Positions 39,857-50,307 of a stretch of DNA of 64,000 nucleotides are shown here, one piece after another. Positions within the stretch are counted from its first letter, which is position 1. Each line of letters starts with the position of its first letter. The stretch lies in NCBI GenBank assembly GCA_038845265.1, contig JAWBQR010000002.1, positions 32,001-96,000 on the forward strand, written 5' to 3'. This DNA comes from Nitrososphaerota archaeon (GTDB taxonomy: Archaea; Thermoproteota; Nitrososphaeria_A; Caldarchaeales; Calditenuaceae). The notes under the pieces were generated by a model. It did no database searches. It worked only from the letters and a program-made list of their open reading frames with translations, and was not told the DNA's origin. The translations under genes were made by a program, and so were the position numbers.

Positions 39857-40456
39857 ATGAGTGGCCCAGAGAATCGAAGGAGACTCGTCCTGCCGGGAGA
39901 CAGGCTATGCGTGATAGAGGAATTCCTACCGAAGAGTGGAACAAGGGTGCTACCGACAGGAGACGTAATATCAACTACAATAGGACAGCCAGAGTATAAC
40001 CATAAAAAACATGAGGTATCAGTCAAGAGCGTAAAAAACATCGAGAAGCTAAAGATAGGCGATATAGTATTGTGCGAGGTCCAGGATGCTCAGGAAAAAT
40101 TGGCGGGATGCCTCATACTTGCTAAGAATGGCAAGAAATTAAAGAATGAGTGGAGTTGCGTAATTATTCAGGCACCCCCAACACTCACGGTCGGCGACCT
40201 AGTGCTTGCAAGGATAATAGAAGAAGTGTCTGGAACATATACAGTAACTATAAACGAGCGTGGATTAGGTGTTGTATTGGCCTTTTGCGACAAGTGCGGC
40301 TCACAGCTCAGACATGGAAGATCAGGACTCTTCTGTAGCCGATGCAGAAAGACATATAGGAAAAAGGTGGTGCCCTACTATGGAAACATAAATAAGATCG
40401 TAGATATCTTAGGGCTACAATCAATACCCACATCGGTGAGCAGTAATGGAGGTTAA
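39857..40456 (+). CDS. csl4: Exosome subunit Csl4
   Basis: VLPGD....EEF.P..G, S1 domain, LGVV.A.C..CG...C..C....RK zinc ribbon; adjacent to rpo11. Confidence 0.85.
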   Translation: MSGPENRRRLVLPGDRLCVIEEFLPKSGTRVLPTGDVISTTIGQPEYNHKKHEVSVKSVKNIEKLKIGDIVLCEVQDAQEKLAGCLILAKNGKKLKNEWSCVIIQAPPTLTVGDLVLARIIEEVSGTYTVTINERGLGVVLAFCDKCGSQLRHGRSGLFCSRCRKTYRKKVVPYYGNINKIVDILGLQSIPTSVSSNGG

Positions 40457-40730
40457 ACTGGCAGCAAGGGGTCCAAACTACATCGAGCTCGAGATCACTG
40501 GCGTAGACTTCGGCATCATTAGTAGCCTACAAGAAATACTAAACAATTACGCCGACGTTGAGTATGCGGGCGCAAACCTTACACATCCCTTAATAGGCAA
40601 GATACGCTTCGTCCTCAGAACGAAGAACGAGACAAGCCCAGAAGACGTATTAACAAGAGGTTTATCCGAACTTTCCCAGACAGCTAAAAATCTCAGAACA
40701 GTCATAAGTGAACTACTAAAATTAACCTAA
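40446..40730 (+). CDS. rpo11: RNA polymerase subunit Rpo11 (RpoL)
   Basis: V.YAG....HPL motif, size, and csl4-rpo11-tfs context. Confidence 0.8.
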   Translation: MEVKLAARGPNYIELEITGVDFGIISSLQEILNNYADVEYAGANLTHPLIGKIRFVLRTKNETSPEDVLTRGLSELSQTAKNLRTVISELLKLT

Positions 40731-40812
40731 ACGCTAATAAGTGTAATACTTCTCCATAATTCAAAAAAAGGTTTAATTCTGGGTGAATACCTAGCCAGCC
40801 AGAGAAGAAGGC

Positions 40813-41148
40813 TTGACGATGGAGTTCTGTCCCAACTGCGGAAGCATACTAACATTAGCGAAGAAATCGAAAAGAACAATACTAATATGTAAGAAATGCG
40901 GATACACAAAACAGACAGCAGAATTAGTCATAACTGTTAAGCAAAATAGAAAGGAGAAAAAATCTGTCGTAATGGTTGAAGAGGGTGAGGAATCAAATAT
41001 ACATCCCAAGACTACTGATGTTCAATGCCCCTCATGCGGAAATAGAGAGGCTTATTGGTGGAGCGTACAGACAAGGTCTGCAGACGAGCCGATGACACAG
41101 TTCTTCAGATGTACAAAGTGCGGATATACTTGGAGAGAATATGCGTAG
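40813..41148 (+). CDS. tfs: Transcript cleavage factor TFS
   Basis: FCP.CG N-terminal ribbon; C-terminal ribbon with QTRSADEP.T.FF.C..CG..WREY. Confidence 0.93.
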   Translation: MTMEFCPNCGSILTLAKKSKRTILICKKCGYTKQTAELVITVKQNRKEKKSVVMVEEGEESNIHPKTTDVQCPSCGNREAYWWSVQTRSADEPMTQFFRCTKCGYTWREYA

Positions 41149-41149
41149 A

Positions 41150-41881
41150 CTACTCAGATTTATCATAGATAATTATAGCAACTCTTTTACATCCTGGCGT
41201 CACGGATAGTCTCTCCCATGTTTCTTTTAAAGCAACGAGCGTGAATAGTCCTGCAACATGAGTCTTATGCCGCTCAAGAACCTTGAGGACCTCCCTCACA
41301 GGACTCAGGTTTAGAATAAACGAAGTAAAAATAACGATGCTGAGGTTCCTCTTGACCGTATCTGAGGGAAACCAAAGCCTCTCAGTTCTACTTGCCCCAA
41401 CAGCTCTGTATGAGACCTCTAAGTATTCACCATCATGCCAGATAGGCTTATCAAGAGCAAAGAAAAGCATACCCCCGATAAGGGAGGAAAAACAGGCAGC
41501 AAGAGGAATGCTAGGAATATCGAGCGCAAATGACGAATTAACACGCGTACCCATAAAGGTATTCAGCGCATATGAAGCCAGTATCTTGAGGGTCTGGACG
41601 TCATGCGAGATGTGAACTCCCCCCTCAATATCTAAATCATTACCAAAATACTCCTCAACAATCCTCTTTGGGTCAACTATTTCTAAGCTCTTCTCAAGAA
41701 TCTTCCTAGCATTTTTAGCCCGGGGAAGAGTCTTGCCAGTAACATACCTCGAAAGCGTCGATGCAGAGATAGAAGTAATTGATGATAATCTTCGATAATC
41801 ATAATGATTCTTCAAAAATCTCAAAATATCAACTGCCGCTTGACTTAAACCAAGGTTGAGGCTCTCTGCCCGTTTACTCAT
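41150..41881 (-). CDS. HTH plus degenerate phosphoribosyltransferase-fold regulator
   Basis: N-terminal Y..LS..T.I..STLSRYV.G..LP HTH; PRT-like C-terminus lacks the DD PRPP loop. Confidence 0.7.
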   Translation of the reverse strand: MSKRAESLNLGLSQAAVDILRFLKNHYDYRRLSSITSISASTLSRYVTGKTLPRAKNARKILEKSLEIVDPKRIVEEYFGNDLDIEGGVHISHDVQTLKILASYALNTFMGTRVNSSFALDIPSIPLAACFSSLIGGMLFFALDKPIWHDGEYLEVSYRAVGASRTERLWFPSDTVKRNLSIVIFTSFILNLSPVREVLKVLERHKTHVAGLFTLVALKETWERLSVTPGCKRVAIIIYDKSE

Positions 41882-42009
41882 CTAGTCACCTCACTGTTAA
41901 TAATTATCCATGATAACGGCTCAGCAGCAGTATAAAGATTTTATCCATAAAAAAGAGAAAAATAATACCCGAAGGAATGTCTTAATAATAATTGAGTAGA
42001 AATATTAGT

Positions 42010-42084
42010 GGGCCCGTGGCCTAGCTTGGATAAGGCGCCGGCCTCCGGAGCCGGAGAACGCGGGTTCAAGTCCCGCCGGGCCCG
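42010..42084 (+). tRNA. tRNA-Arg(CCG), no intron, CCA not encoded
   Basis: GGGCCCG/CGGGCCC acceptor stem; CCGGC-CTCCGGA-GCCGG anticodon arm; GGTTCAAGTCC T-arm. Confidence 0.95.
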
Positions 42085-42155
42085 GACAATAGAAATTGTA
42101 TATTTGCCTATCAACATAATTTATTTAGAATTAAAAAATAAAATAATCATTTTTA

Positions 42156-43289
42156 TCAAAGACATAATTCTTTTATAAATTTATCATAGATTTTTACTGC
42201 ATCGTGTATCTGCTTTATTTCTATAAACTCGTTTGGACCGTGGATGTTGTTTTCTACTTTTCCTGGTCCTAGAATGATTGTTGGTATATTTATTGATTGA
42301 TAGATTGGTCCCTCGGTTCCATAAGGTGCTACGATTGATTTTTCACCAACAATTTTTTCAGCCAGGACTACTAATGGATGATCCTTAGGAATACTTAATG
42401 CATCATAGTTAAACTTAGTATTTATTGTTGCATTAAAATCTGGTATTGTCATCTTGATCTTATTCACTATTTTCTCCAGCTCAGATTTGATGTATAAATC
42501 GCTATGGATTGGTATTCTGCGACAATCAACAATTATCTGACAATTTTCTGGAATTACATTTTCCTTTGTTCCTCCGCTGATCATTGTTGTAGATATAACT
42601 GATGGTCCTAAATCTGGGTCTAGTATTTCTCCAAGTCTTTTTCTTAACTCAGCTACTTCAAGTATGAATCTAGATGCATTTTCTATCGCGTTTACTCCTA
42701 GTTCTGGGCGGCTTGAATGTGCACTCTTGCCGTGAAAAGTAATTCTGAAGACGGTTCCTCCTTTATGCGCCCTGACGACTTTTAGGTCTGTCGGCTCACC
42801 TATAATTCCATATTGGGCATCTCGTTTCTTTATCTTTCCATCACTTATCAGGGCTTGTAGTCCGTCGCATCCAATTTCTTCACCTGCCGTTGCAGCAAAA
42901 ATTATGCCTCTCTTAAGCCTAGTATTCTTGTAGTTCTCGATCGCCTTCACGATTGCCGCTACTGCAGACTTCATGTCAGAGGCTCCGCGACCATATAGCT
43001 TGCCATCATGTATCTTTGGTTCAAAGGGCGGTGATTCCCATAGTGACGGGTCGCCCGCTGGGACAACATCTATATGTCCCGAGAGCAGCAATCCTGCCTG
43101 TCCCTGAGGCCCAATCCTAACTAATAGATTAGCACGATTCTCAGCGAACCTGTGGAGATATACTTCGCACTGCTCTATTTTTAGGTCCAAGAAATAATCT
43201 CGTAGAAAGGCAGCACAAGACTCCTCATTACCAGGTGGGACCTCAGTGTTGAACTTGATAAGTTCAGCTGCAAGTTCTTCGACTTTCAT
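42156..43289 (-). CDS. M20-family metallohydrolase (ArgE/DapE-like)
   Basis: GHIDVVP, YGRGASDMK, GEE, GEPT, AHSS.P..GVNA, H...E. Confidence 0.9.
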   Translation of the reverse strand: MKVEELAAELIKFNTEVPPGNEESCAAFLRDYFLDLKIEQCEVYLHRFAENRANLLVRIGPQGQAGLLLSGHIDVVPAGDPSLWESPPFEPKIHDGKLYGRGASDMKSAVAAIVKAIENYKNTRLKRGIIFAATAGEEIGCDGLQALISDGKIKKRDAQYGIIGEPTDLKVVRAHKGGTVFRITFHGKSAHSSRPELGVNAIENASRFILEVAELRKRLGEILDPDLGPSVISTTMISGGTKENVIPENCQIIVDCRRIPIHSDLYIKSELEKIVNKIKMTIPDFNATINTKFNYDALSIPKDHPLVVLAEKIVGEKSIVAPYGTEGPIYQSINIPTIILGPGKVENNIHGPNEFIEIKQIHDAVKIYDKFIKELCL

Positions 43290-43382
43290 AATTTAAATAA
43301 ATGATTAATTATATTTATAGATGATTTTTAGTGTGTTATTTTTTCAAAAAATTTTTTAAACACCATCAACTAACTATTCTCT

Positions 43383-44708
43383 ATGAGTATTTCTAGGTTT
43401 TCGAGGTCTATGAAGCTTTTCGATGTTGCTAATGAGTATGTTGTCGGAGGTGTTCATTCAAATTTTAGGTATAGAGAGCCTCATCCGATATATTTTAGTA
43501 GGGCTAAGGGATCAAGGCTCTGGGACGCAGATGGGAATGAATATATTGATTGCGTGATAAACATGGGGGCATGTATTCTTGGGCATGGTCATCCCAGAGT
43601 TGTAGAGGCTGTTAAGAGTGCGCTTGATGACGGACTTACGGTCGGTCTCGAGCCAGAAATCAGTGTGGAGGTCTCAAGGATGCTCACAAGAATGGTGCCA
43701 TCAGCAGAATCTGTCAGATTCTCAAATACCGGTACCGAGGCCGTTATGCATGCTATACACATTGCGCGTGGATTTACAGGTAGGTACAAGATAGCAAAGC
43801 TTGAAGGAGGATACAATGGTTGGTACGACTATGTATCGGTTAGTGGCCATCCACCGCTAGACAAGGCGGGTCCTCCTGAGGAGCCTGTACCAATCCTTAG
43901 CAGTGCAGGACTCGCCAAAGACGTGGCCGAAAGCACAGTAATTATTCCATTCAACAATATTGAGGCGACCGAGAGAATAATATCTAAACATAGGGAAGAT
44001 TTAGCAGCAGTCATCATCGAACCTGTAATGTTTAATGTCGGCTGCGCCTTACCAAAGAAGGGCTATCTAGAAGCTCTGCGCAATCTAACAGAGGAGTATG
44101 GCATTGTGCTGATTTTCGACGAGGTCATAACTGGATTCAGGAGCGCGCCTGGGGGTGCTCAAGAATATTTCGGCGTAACTCCCGACATGTCTGTCTTTGG
44201 AAAAGCCATTGCAAATGGCTTTGCGCTTAGTGCAGTTGTAGGCAAGAGGGAAATCATGGAGACCATTCATCCGAGAAGGGGAAAGGTGGCCTATGCAGGC
44301 ACCTATAACTCTAACTATATCTCATTGGCAGCAGCTAGAGTCGTACTGAGCGAGCTGAGTGATGGAAGAGTACAGAAATATTTACATGAGGCTGGTGCAA
44401 AGCTTGCTAAGAGGTTCAACGAGATGGCTGAGGAGATTGGCGTTAAGGCAAGGCTACAACATTTCGCAGGCAAGTTTCAAGTATACTTTACTGATAGAGA
44501 GGTCATTGATTATAGATCAGCCGTCAGCTGCGACGCAAAGAAGTATACAGTCTTCTATGAATCAATGTTGAACTCAGGCATATTCATGCTTCCATCACAT
44601 ACTATTCATCATGGAGTAACCGCGGCACATATGGACGGTGACATAGAAGCAATTCTCTCATCTATGAGAAAAGCACTCATGGAAGTCAAGAAGCATTCTC
44701 CAGATTAA
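43383..44708 (+). CDS. Class III aminotransferase (GSA aminomutase-like)
   Basis: GGVHS..R, D.DGNEYID, N.GTEA, FDEVITGFR, FGKAIANG, AGTY; differs from HemL motifs GGVNSPVR and YHG. Confidence 0.85.
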   Translation: MSISRFSRSMKLFDVANEYVVGGVHSNFRYREPHPIYFSRAKGSRLWDADGNEYIDCVINMGACILGHGHPRVVEAVKSALDDGLTVGLEPEISVEVSRMLTRMVPSAESVRFSNTGTEAVMHAIHIARGFTGRYKIAKLEGGYNGWYDYVSVSGHPPLDKAGPPEEPVPILSSAGLAKDVAESTVIIPFNNIEATERIISKHREDLAAVIIEPVMFNVGCALPKKGYLEALRNLTEEYGIVLIFDEVITGFRSAPGGAQEYFGVTPDMSVFGKAIANGFALSAVVGKREIMETIHPRRGKVAYAGTYNSNYISLAAARVVLSELSDGRVQKYLHEAGAKLAKRFNEMAEEIGVKARLQHFAGKFQVYFTDREVIDYRSAVSCDAKKYTVFYESMLNSGIFMLPSHTIHHGVTAAHMDGDIEAILSSMRKALMEVKKHSPD

Positions 44709-46219
44709 TTTTTAACTAATGGTTTCCAGGAAAACTCTTCATCAAGTGGATAAAGAGGCCTAGGCGCCTTGACGTAATTCAGTGATTTAAGTCTATGGGT
44801 CGTAGCCCCTGTAGTATCGGCATGAATTATCTTCTTTGCAAATGGTTCATAGTTGGCCTTGAAGCCCGTTATAGACTTGACAAACACTGCTTTTGCCCTC
44901 ATTGGTTCTAAGCCAACGCATCTATACTGATCTGGCTCGAATGGATTTCCTGGGAGCTCGCTTATGAGTATCCTCAAGTCGTCGACTGCTAGGACGACCG
45001 CTCTGCCCAAATTCACGCTTAATCCCTTGCCCACATCGCCCATAGCGATGTATCTTGCATCTCCCCTCCATAGCACTCTGCCTGATACTCTTACAGGCTT
45101 ACTGAAGGGATCAAGTTTTCCTCCTAACTCTAATTCAACCACATCGTTTATCGATGCGGACCACGCGGCTTCGACAGCCCACGGATCAACAATATTCAAT
45201 AAAACTTCGCCTCCAAGATTCTTGCCTAATAGATTGCTGAGAACGAACGTGCTATCTCCAGGAGCACCTCCAGTAGTCGCGTCACCGCCGTCCGAGACAA
45301 CTACAGGGCCCTGACGAGTATTTCTTATAATCTCGATCACCTCACTGATCGGCGTCTTTTCCACCATGAATTCTCGTCTCATCTCCCAGCATTTAGAAGA
45401 TATTTTCCTCGCTGCCTCAGCAGCCTTCTCGGGATCGCCGTCGCTTATCGCAACTACGCTCCATCCAAGTTCCTCGACATCCAACCAAGGCTGGACAGGA
45501 AAGATCGAGACTTCAAGGATTCCTAATTCTTCCGCTATCTTTTTTGCATTTTCGAGAAGCGTCTTCATCGGATGAAATCTATGGTCATGCTTCTCGGCGG
45601 GAGTTATCATCGGTATCTTGACCCACTTAATGAGTGGGTTAATCAATCCTCTAGCGGCTTGAAACGTAAGCTCAGCCGCCCTGAATCCTGTCTGATACAT
45701 ATCGATGTGGGGCTCTGTCTTATACCCCACAATTATGCTGCTCTCCGAGACCTTTCTCTCCGTAATGTTCGCATGCATGTCAAACGATACTCCGAGTGGG
45801 ACATCGTATCCGATAATGCGTCTTACCCTGCTTAGAATATATCCATCAGCATCATCGATTCCCTCAGCTGCCATGGCTCCATGAAGAGATAAAAGAACAG
45901 CATCAAATCCATTCGCAGCCTCCTTCTCAACCATCTGTAGCAACTCATTCAATATTCTCTCCAGACTTTCTCTGAGAATTATTCCTAATGGTGGCGCTCC
46001 AGTCCAGATTAATGGCACTAGCTCAACATTGTTTTTTGATGCGGCATCAATGACTCCGCCTGCCTCGCTTAGACTGCCCTTAAACCTCTCAATTATTTCT
46101 TCACCTTTGTAGAGACCATGAGCCTTTAAGAAATATTCAAAAGTAGTATTAACAGGCGTAAATGTGTTTGTCTCCTGCATTATTAAGCCATAGAGAACCC
46201 TTAACTTTTTTCCTGACAT
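44705..46219 (-). CDS. MlrC/M81-family metallopeptidase
   Basis: QETNTF, LHGAM, D.DG, DMHAN, Y...PHID, PWLDV, GGAPGD. Confidence 0.88.
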   Translation of the reverse strand: MSGKKLRVLYGLIMQETNTFTPVNTTFEYFLKAHGLYKGEEIIERFKGSLSEAGGVIDAASKNNVELVPLIWTGAPPLGIILRESLERILNELLQMVEKEAANGFDAVLLSLHGAMAAEGIDDADGYILSRVRRIIGYDVPLGVSFDMHANITERKVSESSIIVGYKTEPHIDMYQTGFRAAELTFQAARGLINPLIKWVKIPMITPAEKHDHRFHPMKTLLENAKKIAEELGILEVSIFPVQPWLDVEELGWSVVAISDGDPEKAAEAARKISSKCWEMRREFMVEKTPISEVIEIIRNTRQGPVVVSDGGDATTGGAPGDSTFVLSNLLGKNLGGEVLLNIVDPWAVEAAWSASINDVVELELGGKLDPFSKPVRVSGRVLWRGDARYIAMGDVGKGLSVNLGRAVVLAVDDLRILISELPGNPFEPDQYRCVGLEPMRAKAVFVKSITGFKANYEPFAKKIIHADTTGATTHRLKSLNYVKAPRPLYPLDEEFSWKPLVKN

Positions 46220-46261
46220 AAATCATCCCGTTCATTGACGTATTTAAGCGTAGTAGGATTT

Positions 46262-46945
46262 CTATGGCAATAACCTCAATGGCCAGTTTTCCTTTACGTA
46301 AGCTCTATCCCAGAAGAGATATTCATATAGTGTCGAAGTCCTGAATGCTTTTCTGGCTCTAAGAATTTCTACAGCGTCAAGCTTCTCAAATGCCTGCTCG
46401 GCAATATTTAATACTTCATTGACGGCTCGTCCGTAGTCCTCTGAGCTATAGGTATCTATCCACCTTTGATAAGCCGGGACTGGTGATCCATTTCTAAGCA
46501 TTTCTAATCCAACTTCTCTGTATACCCAGAAGCATGGAAGTAATGCTGCAAGGCCTTCCTCGAAAGGCTTCGTCGTAGAAGTAGCGAGAAGATAGCTTGT
46601 GTATGCCAAGTTAACTGGCGTCATTGATATTCGTGAAAGCTCCTCTGGCTTTATGCCCCACTCAGATAAGAGATATTCATGGAGCCAGCGTCTCTCAATT
46701 GTCATTGCTGCTCCAGCATCGTTGAATAGGACTGCTGCCCAGTCATCATCAGGCGCCTTAGCTCCTACAATCGCGACTGCCCTAGCAAACTCACCTAGGT
46801 AAAGATAGTCTTGAAACACGTAGTGCTTGAATATGTCTATCGGGAGGGTGCCGTCAAGCATATGTCTGATAAATTCATGATTAATTATCGCTTCATAGAT
46901 ATCTGAAATATCCGCCCAGAATTTATCAATAATTCTTTTAGACAT
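46262..46945 (-). CDS. tenA: Thiaminase II / TenA (Cys-type)
   Basis: H.F......GTL....F..Y..QDY.YL, LLPCFWVY, Y..WI.TYS, E..FW. Confidence 0.9.
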   Translation of the reverse strand: MSKRIIDKFWADISDIYEAIINHEFIRHMLDGTLPIDIFKHYVFQDYLYLGEFARAVAIVGAKAPDDDWAAVLFNDAGAAMTIERRWLHEYLLSEWGIKPEELSRISMTPVNLAYTSYLLATSTTKPFEEGLAALLPCFWVYREVGLEMLRNGSPVPAYQRWIDTYSSEDYGRAVNEVLNIAEQAFEKLDAVEILRARKAFRTSTLYEYLFWDRAYVKENWPLRLLP

Positions 46946-47013
46946 ACATATCTCCGTATAAGTCGCTAATTAATTAGCTTATATAATTCTTTTCCTGCTA
47001 ACAATAAGAAGAA

Positions 47014-48333
47014 TTGAGAAGCTACACAGAGGTCCTAGATAACTCTGCATGGACCCGCAGCCACTGGAACATCTTTACAATCATTTCTCTAAACTATCTA
47101 TTAGATGGAGTCATGTTCTCGATTGCTCCACTCATAGCTGGGCTCCTTGCACCTGAGCACTACTCACTGATATTTGCAGCGAACCTGCTCTCAGAGACAG
47201 TGGGGGCCATTGTTTTTGGAGCCCTTGCAGACAGGGTTGGAAGACGAAGAATGTTCCTCATATCGCTTACAATCGAGGGTATATCCCTCATATTATTCCT
47301 ATTCACCTACAGGAATATTTTGGCGCTTGCAGCACTGACATCTGCAATGACGTTTGGAATAGGCGGAGAGTTTGGCTCATCCTACTCGGCCTTGGCGGAG
47401 CTAATGCCGAAGAGGCATAGGGGTAAAGCAATAACGCTCTCAACAAACTTCTGGAACATAGGCTCAGCCATAATAGCTGGCCTAGCCCTCATCTTTAAGT
47501 CAATATATGGCGACCCAGAGACTCAGCTCCAATACTTACTATTCTCCGCAGTTTCGATGCTCATTATAGCTGGACTCGGACGCTTTTCTCTCCCTGAATC
47601 ACCAAGATGGCTCGCGGCCAAGAATAGAGTAAGAGAAGCAGAGCTAGTAGTAAGCAGTATTACTGGATTCAAGGAGAATTTCTCAGTTCAGACAGACGTT
47701 ATAGAGGAGCACTCCTTCTTCATTACGCTTCCGCGATACGTTTTTAGACTCATCATCCTTGGAGTCGTGACTATAGTGCAGTACGTAACATATAGCATGA
47801 TGGCTTACTATGCGCCATATGCTCCGGGATTTATATTCGGAGTAGAGTCAGCACCACTAGTAATATTCATCGCCAACCTAGGCGCCTCAATAGGTGGAAT
47901 CCTCCTAATACCAATAATTGATAAGACACGTAGATGGACTACACTGCTCTCATTCCTGGGCGGAACAATTGGAGCATTTTCACTAACAGCTCTGCACTAT
48001 TTTTCCTACTTAGATCTCGGAGGCATGGCAGTCGTTTTCTTCGTGACGTTATTCATCACCCTTATATTCTCTGAATGGGCCTGGGCCTCTCTTAGCACTC
48101 TTCAGAGCGAGCTATTCCCAACCGGAGTTAGAGCCTCAGTAGTCGGATTGCTTACAGGATTAACTGGAATATCATCAGCGATGATAGTGCTAGCGCAGCC
48201 ATCGATCTCAGCCTTCCTCTTTCTCTTAACATCTTCCATGCTTTGGCTAATAGGTTTCATCGCGGCTCTAGCTTGGTATCTGAAGGGAGTCGAGAGTGCT
48301 GATAAGTCTGTGGAGGAGCTGGCTCATCCATAG
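47014..48333 (+). CDS. MFS transporter (sugar-porter/SV2-like)
   Basis: G.LADRVGRR, GGE, E..P...RG, PESPRWL, ELFPT.VRA. Confidence 0.88.
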   Translation: MRSYTEVLDNSAWTRSHWNIFTIISLNYLLDGVMFSIAPLIAGLLAPEHYSLIFAANLLSETVGAIVFGALADRVGRRRMFLISLTIEGISLILFLFTYRNILALAALTSAMTFGIGGEFGSSYSALAELMPKRHRGKAITLSTNFWNIGSAIIAGLALIFKSIYGDPETQLQYLLFSAVSMLIIAGLGRFSLPESPRWLAAKNRVREAELVVSSITGFKENFSVQTDVIEEHSFFITLPRYVFRLIILGVVTIVQYVTYSMMAYYAPYAPGFIFGVESAPLVIFIANLGASIGGILLIPIIDKTRRWTTLLSFLGGTIGAFSLTALHYFSYLDLGGMAVVFFVTLFITLIFSEWAWASLSTLQSELFPTGVRASVVGLLTGLTGISSAMIVLAQPSISAFLFLLTSSMLWLIGFIAALAWYLKGVESADKSVEELAHP

Positions 48334-48385
48334 CATCATTTAAGTTATGGCAACTAGGTAAAAAGCCTAGGGGGCAAGGAGGAAC

Positions 48386-49228
48386 TTGGCTAGGAAACCA
48401 TCCATCTTCGAGATAATCGTAATAGGTAATGAAATACTAAGTGGCGCTGTCCTAGACACTAACAGTAACTGGCTGGCAGATAGGCTATACAAGCTTGGAG
48501 TGCACTTAAGAAGAATAACAATCGTAAGAGATGACTTGAAGGAAATTTCGTCAGCAATTAGGGACGCCGTAAAGAGAGGAGCAGAGTGGATAATTACGAG
48601 CGGTGGTCTGGGCCCAACATTTGATGACAAAACCCTTCAGGGCGTATCAATAGCAACTAAGAAGCCTATAGCTCTGAACAAGGAAGCAGTCGAGATGCTA
48701 AAAGAGAGATATGAGAAGTTAAAAGAGATGGGCGTCATCGAGAGTGCTGAGCTTACAGAGGCGAGACTTAAAATGGCTAGGCTACCAAGAGGCGCTAAGC
48801 CCCTAAGAAATAGGGAGGGCTCAGCACCTGGCGTTATTTTAAAATATAGAAAGACATGGATTGCTTGTCTTCCTGGTGTTCCAAGAGAGCTTAAAGACAT
48901 ATTCATGAATGAGCTTGAACCATTAATCCGGGACAGAGTCACCGCATTAAAGCGTCGTCGTCTCTGGATTACTGTAAGAGGGGTTCCTGAATCTACTCTC
49001 TCGCCATATATAGACGAGGTTCTGTCAAAGCACCAGAAGGTCTATATCAAGTCGCATCCTCAAGGAATTGAGGATGGGATATCAAAGGTTGTGCTTGAAA
49101 TCCTAAGCGAGGATGTCTCTGAACAGAATGCAGATGAAGCGGTGAAAAAGGCAGGCATAGATCTCATAGATATACTAAAGAGTCTCGGGGCCAAAGAGAT
49201 AACTAGAAGCGAGGAGAAACCCCTATGA
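48386..49228 (+). CDS. CinA N-terminal-like molybdopterin-binding-fold protein
   Basis: IGNEILSG...DTN, SGGLGPT.DD.T, N..G.APG, LPGVP.E. Confidence 0.85.
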   Translation: MARKPSIFEIIVIGNEILSGAVLDTNSNWLADRLYKLGVHLRRITIVRDDLKEISSAIRDAVKRGAEWIITSGGLGPTFDDKTLQGVSIATKKPIALNKEAVEMLKERYEKLKEMGVIESAELTEARLKMARLPRGAKPLRNREGSAPGVILKYRKTWIACLPGVPRELKDIFMNELEPLIRDRVTALKRRRLWITVRGVPESTLSPYIDEVLSKHQKVYIKSHPQGIEDGISKVVLEILSEDVSEQNADEAVKKAGIDLIDILKSLGAKEITRSEEKPL

Positions 49229-50277
49229 CGAACGACCCATTATCATACGAGAAGATCTACTCTCTGCCTAAATATTCAGATATGATAAGAATGATAGACG
49301 AGCAGCCAGCATACTATAAGAAGGGGTTAGAGCTTGGGCAAAAAATAAAGAAGGAAGAATTAGCAAACCCAAGGACCGTATTTTTCTATGGAATCGGCGG
49401 TTCAGGAATTGTTGGACTACTGGTCTCCGGAATCTTTTCATCATTTACTCGAATACCAATTCTTGCATCAAATGCCGTGAGAATTCCGGACTGGCTTTCT
49501 CAAGATGACTTGCTCATAGTTGTCAGCTACTCAGGAGAGACTTATGAGGCTCTAAGAGCATTCAACGAAGCCATAAAAAGAAGGATAAGATTATTGGCAA
49601 TGACTTCTGGCGGAAGCCTCGCCGAAATAGCCAATAGGAATAATATACAACTGATAGAGCTTAGCAAAGGTTTTCCACCTAGAATGTCGCTGCCGGAAAT
49701 GGTCGGTGCAGCCATCTCAACGCTTGATAATACAGACATAACGAAAAATGCAAGTGAGACCTTACTACAGGCGGTAGATATGCTCACTGAAATAGCAGAG
49801 AAAAATGGTCCAAGCAGTCCATATCAAAATAATACGGCAAAAAAGGCTGCTCTTCATTTTTATAACGGTTTTCCAAGTGTTTTTTGCTCTGGTCACTTAT
49901 ACTTCACTGGACTGAGATTAAAAAACCAGCTAAACGAGAACGCGAAATACCCTTGTGTTGTCCATGAGATACCCGAATCTATGCATAACACTTTAGAAGC
50001 ACTACCATACTCGGACATGGATAAATATTTACTTCTTAGGAGCAGTAGCGAACCAAAAGATGTCTCGGCACAGATGAGATTTATTTCATCTTCTTTTAGT
50101 CATAAGGTAATGGAGGTTTGGTTTAAGGGCAATGAGGTCTACGAGTCAATAGCTTCAATAATGTGGGCAGATTATGTCAGCACCTACCTCGCAGCCTTAA
50201 GGGAAGTAGACCCAATAACAGTGGCACGTATCGCGGCACTGAGAAAGGAAGTGGAGAAATCACTTAAAAATACATAA
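49225..50277 (+). CDS. Bifunctional phosphoglucose/phosphomannose isomerase
   Basis: G.GGSG, SYSG.T.E, TSGG, PR, R.KNQLNENAK, PE..HN. Confidence 0.88.
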   Translation: MTNDPLSYEKIYSLPKYSDMIRMIDEQPAYYKKGLELGQKIKKEELANPRTVFFYGIGGSGIVGLLVSGIFSSFTRIPILASNAVRIPDWLSQDDLLIVVSYSGETYEALRAFNEAIKRRIRLLAMTSGGSLAEIANRNNIQLIELSKGFPPRMSLPEMVGAAISTLDNTDITKNASETLLQAVDMLTEIAEKNGPSSPYQNNTAKKAALHFYNGFPSVFCSGHLYFTGLRLKNQLNENAKYPCVVHEIPESMHNTLEALPYSDMDKYLLLRSSSEPKDVSAQMRFISSSFSHKVMEVWFKGNEVYESIASIMWADYVSTYLAALREVDPITVARIAALRKEVEKSLKNT

Positions 50278-50307
50278 ATTAGCCTGAGACCAATACATTT
50301 TAGCAAA

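Noticed and set aside
43383-44708. hemL call
   Set aside because: Signature motifs differ and no hem genes are adjacent.
42010-46219. Integrative element at tRNA-Arg (and likewise at tRNA-Gln)
   Set aside because: No integrase and no duplicated tRNA 3' end seen by eye in the window.
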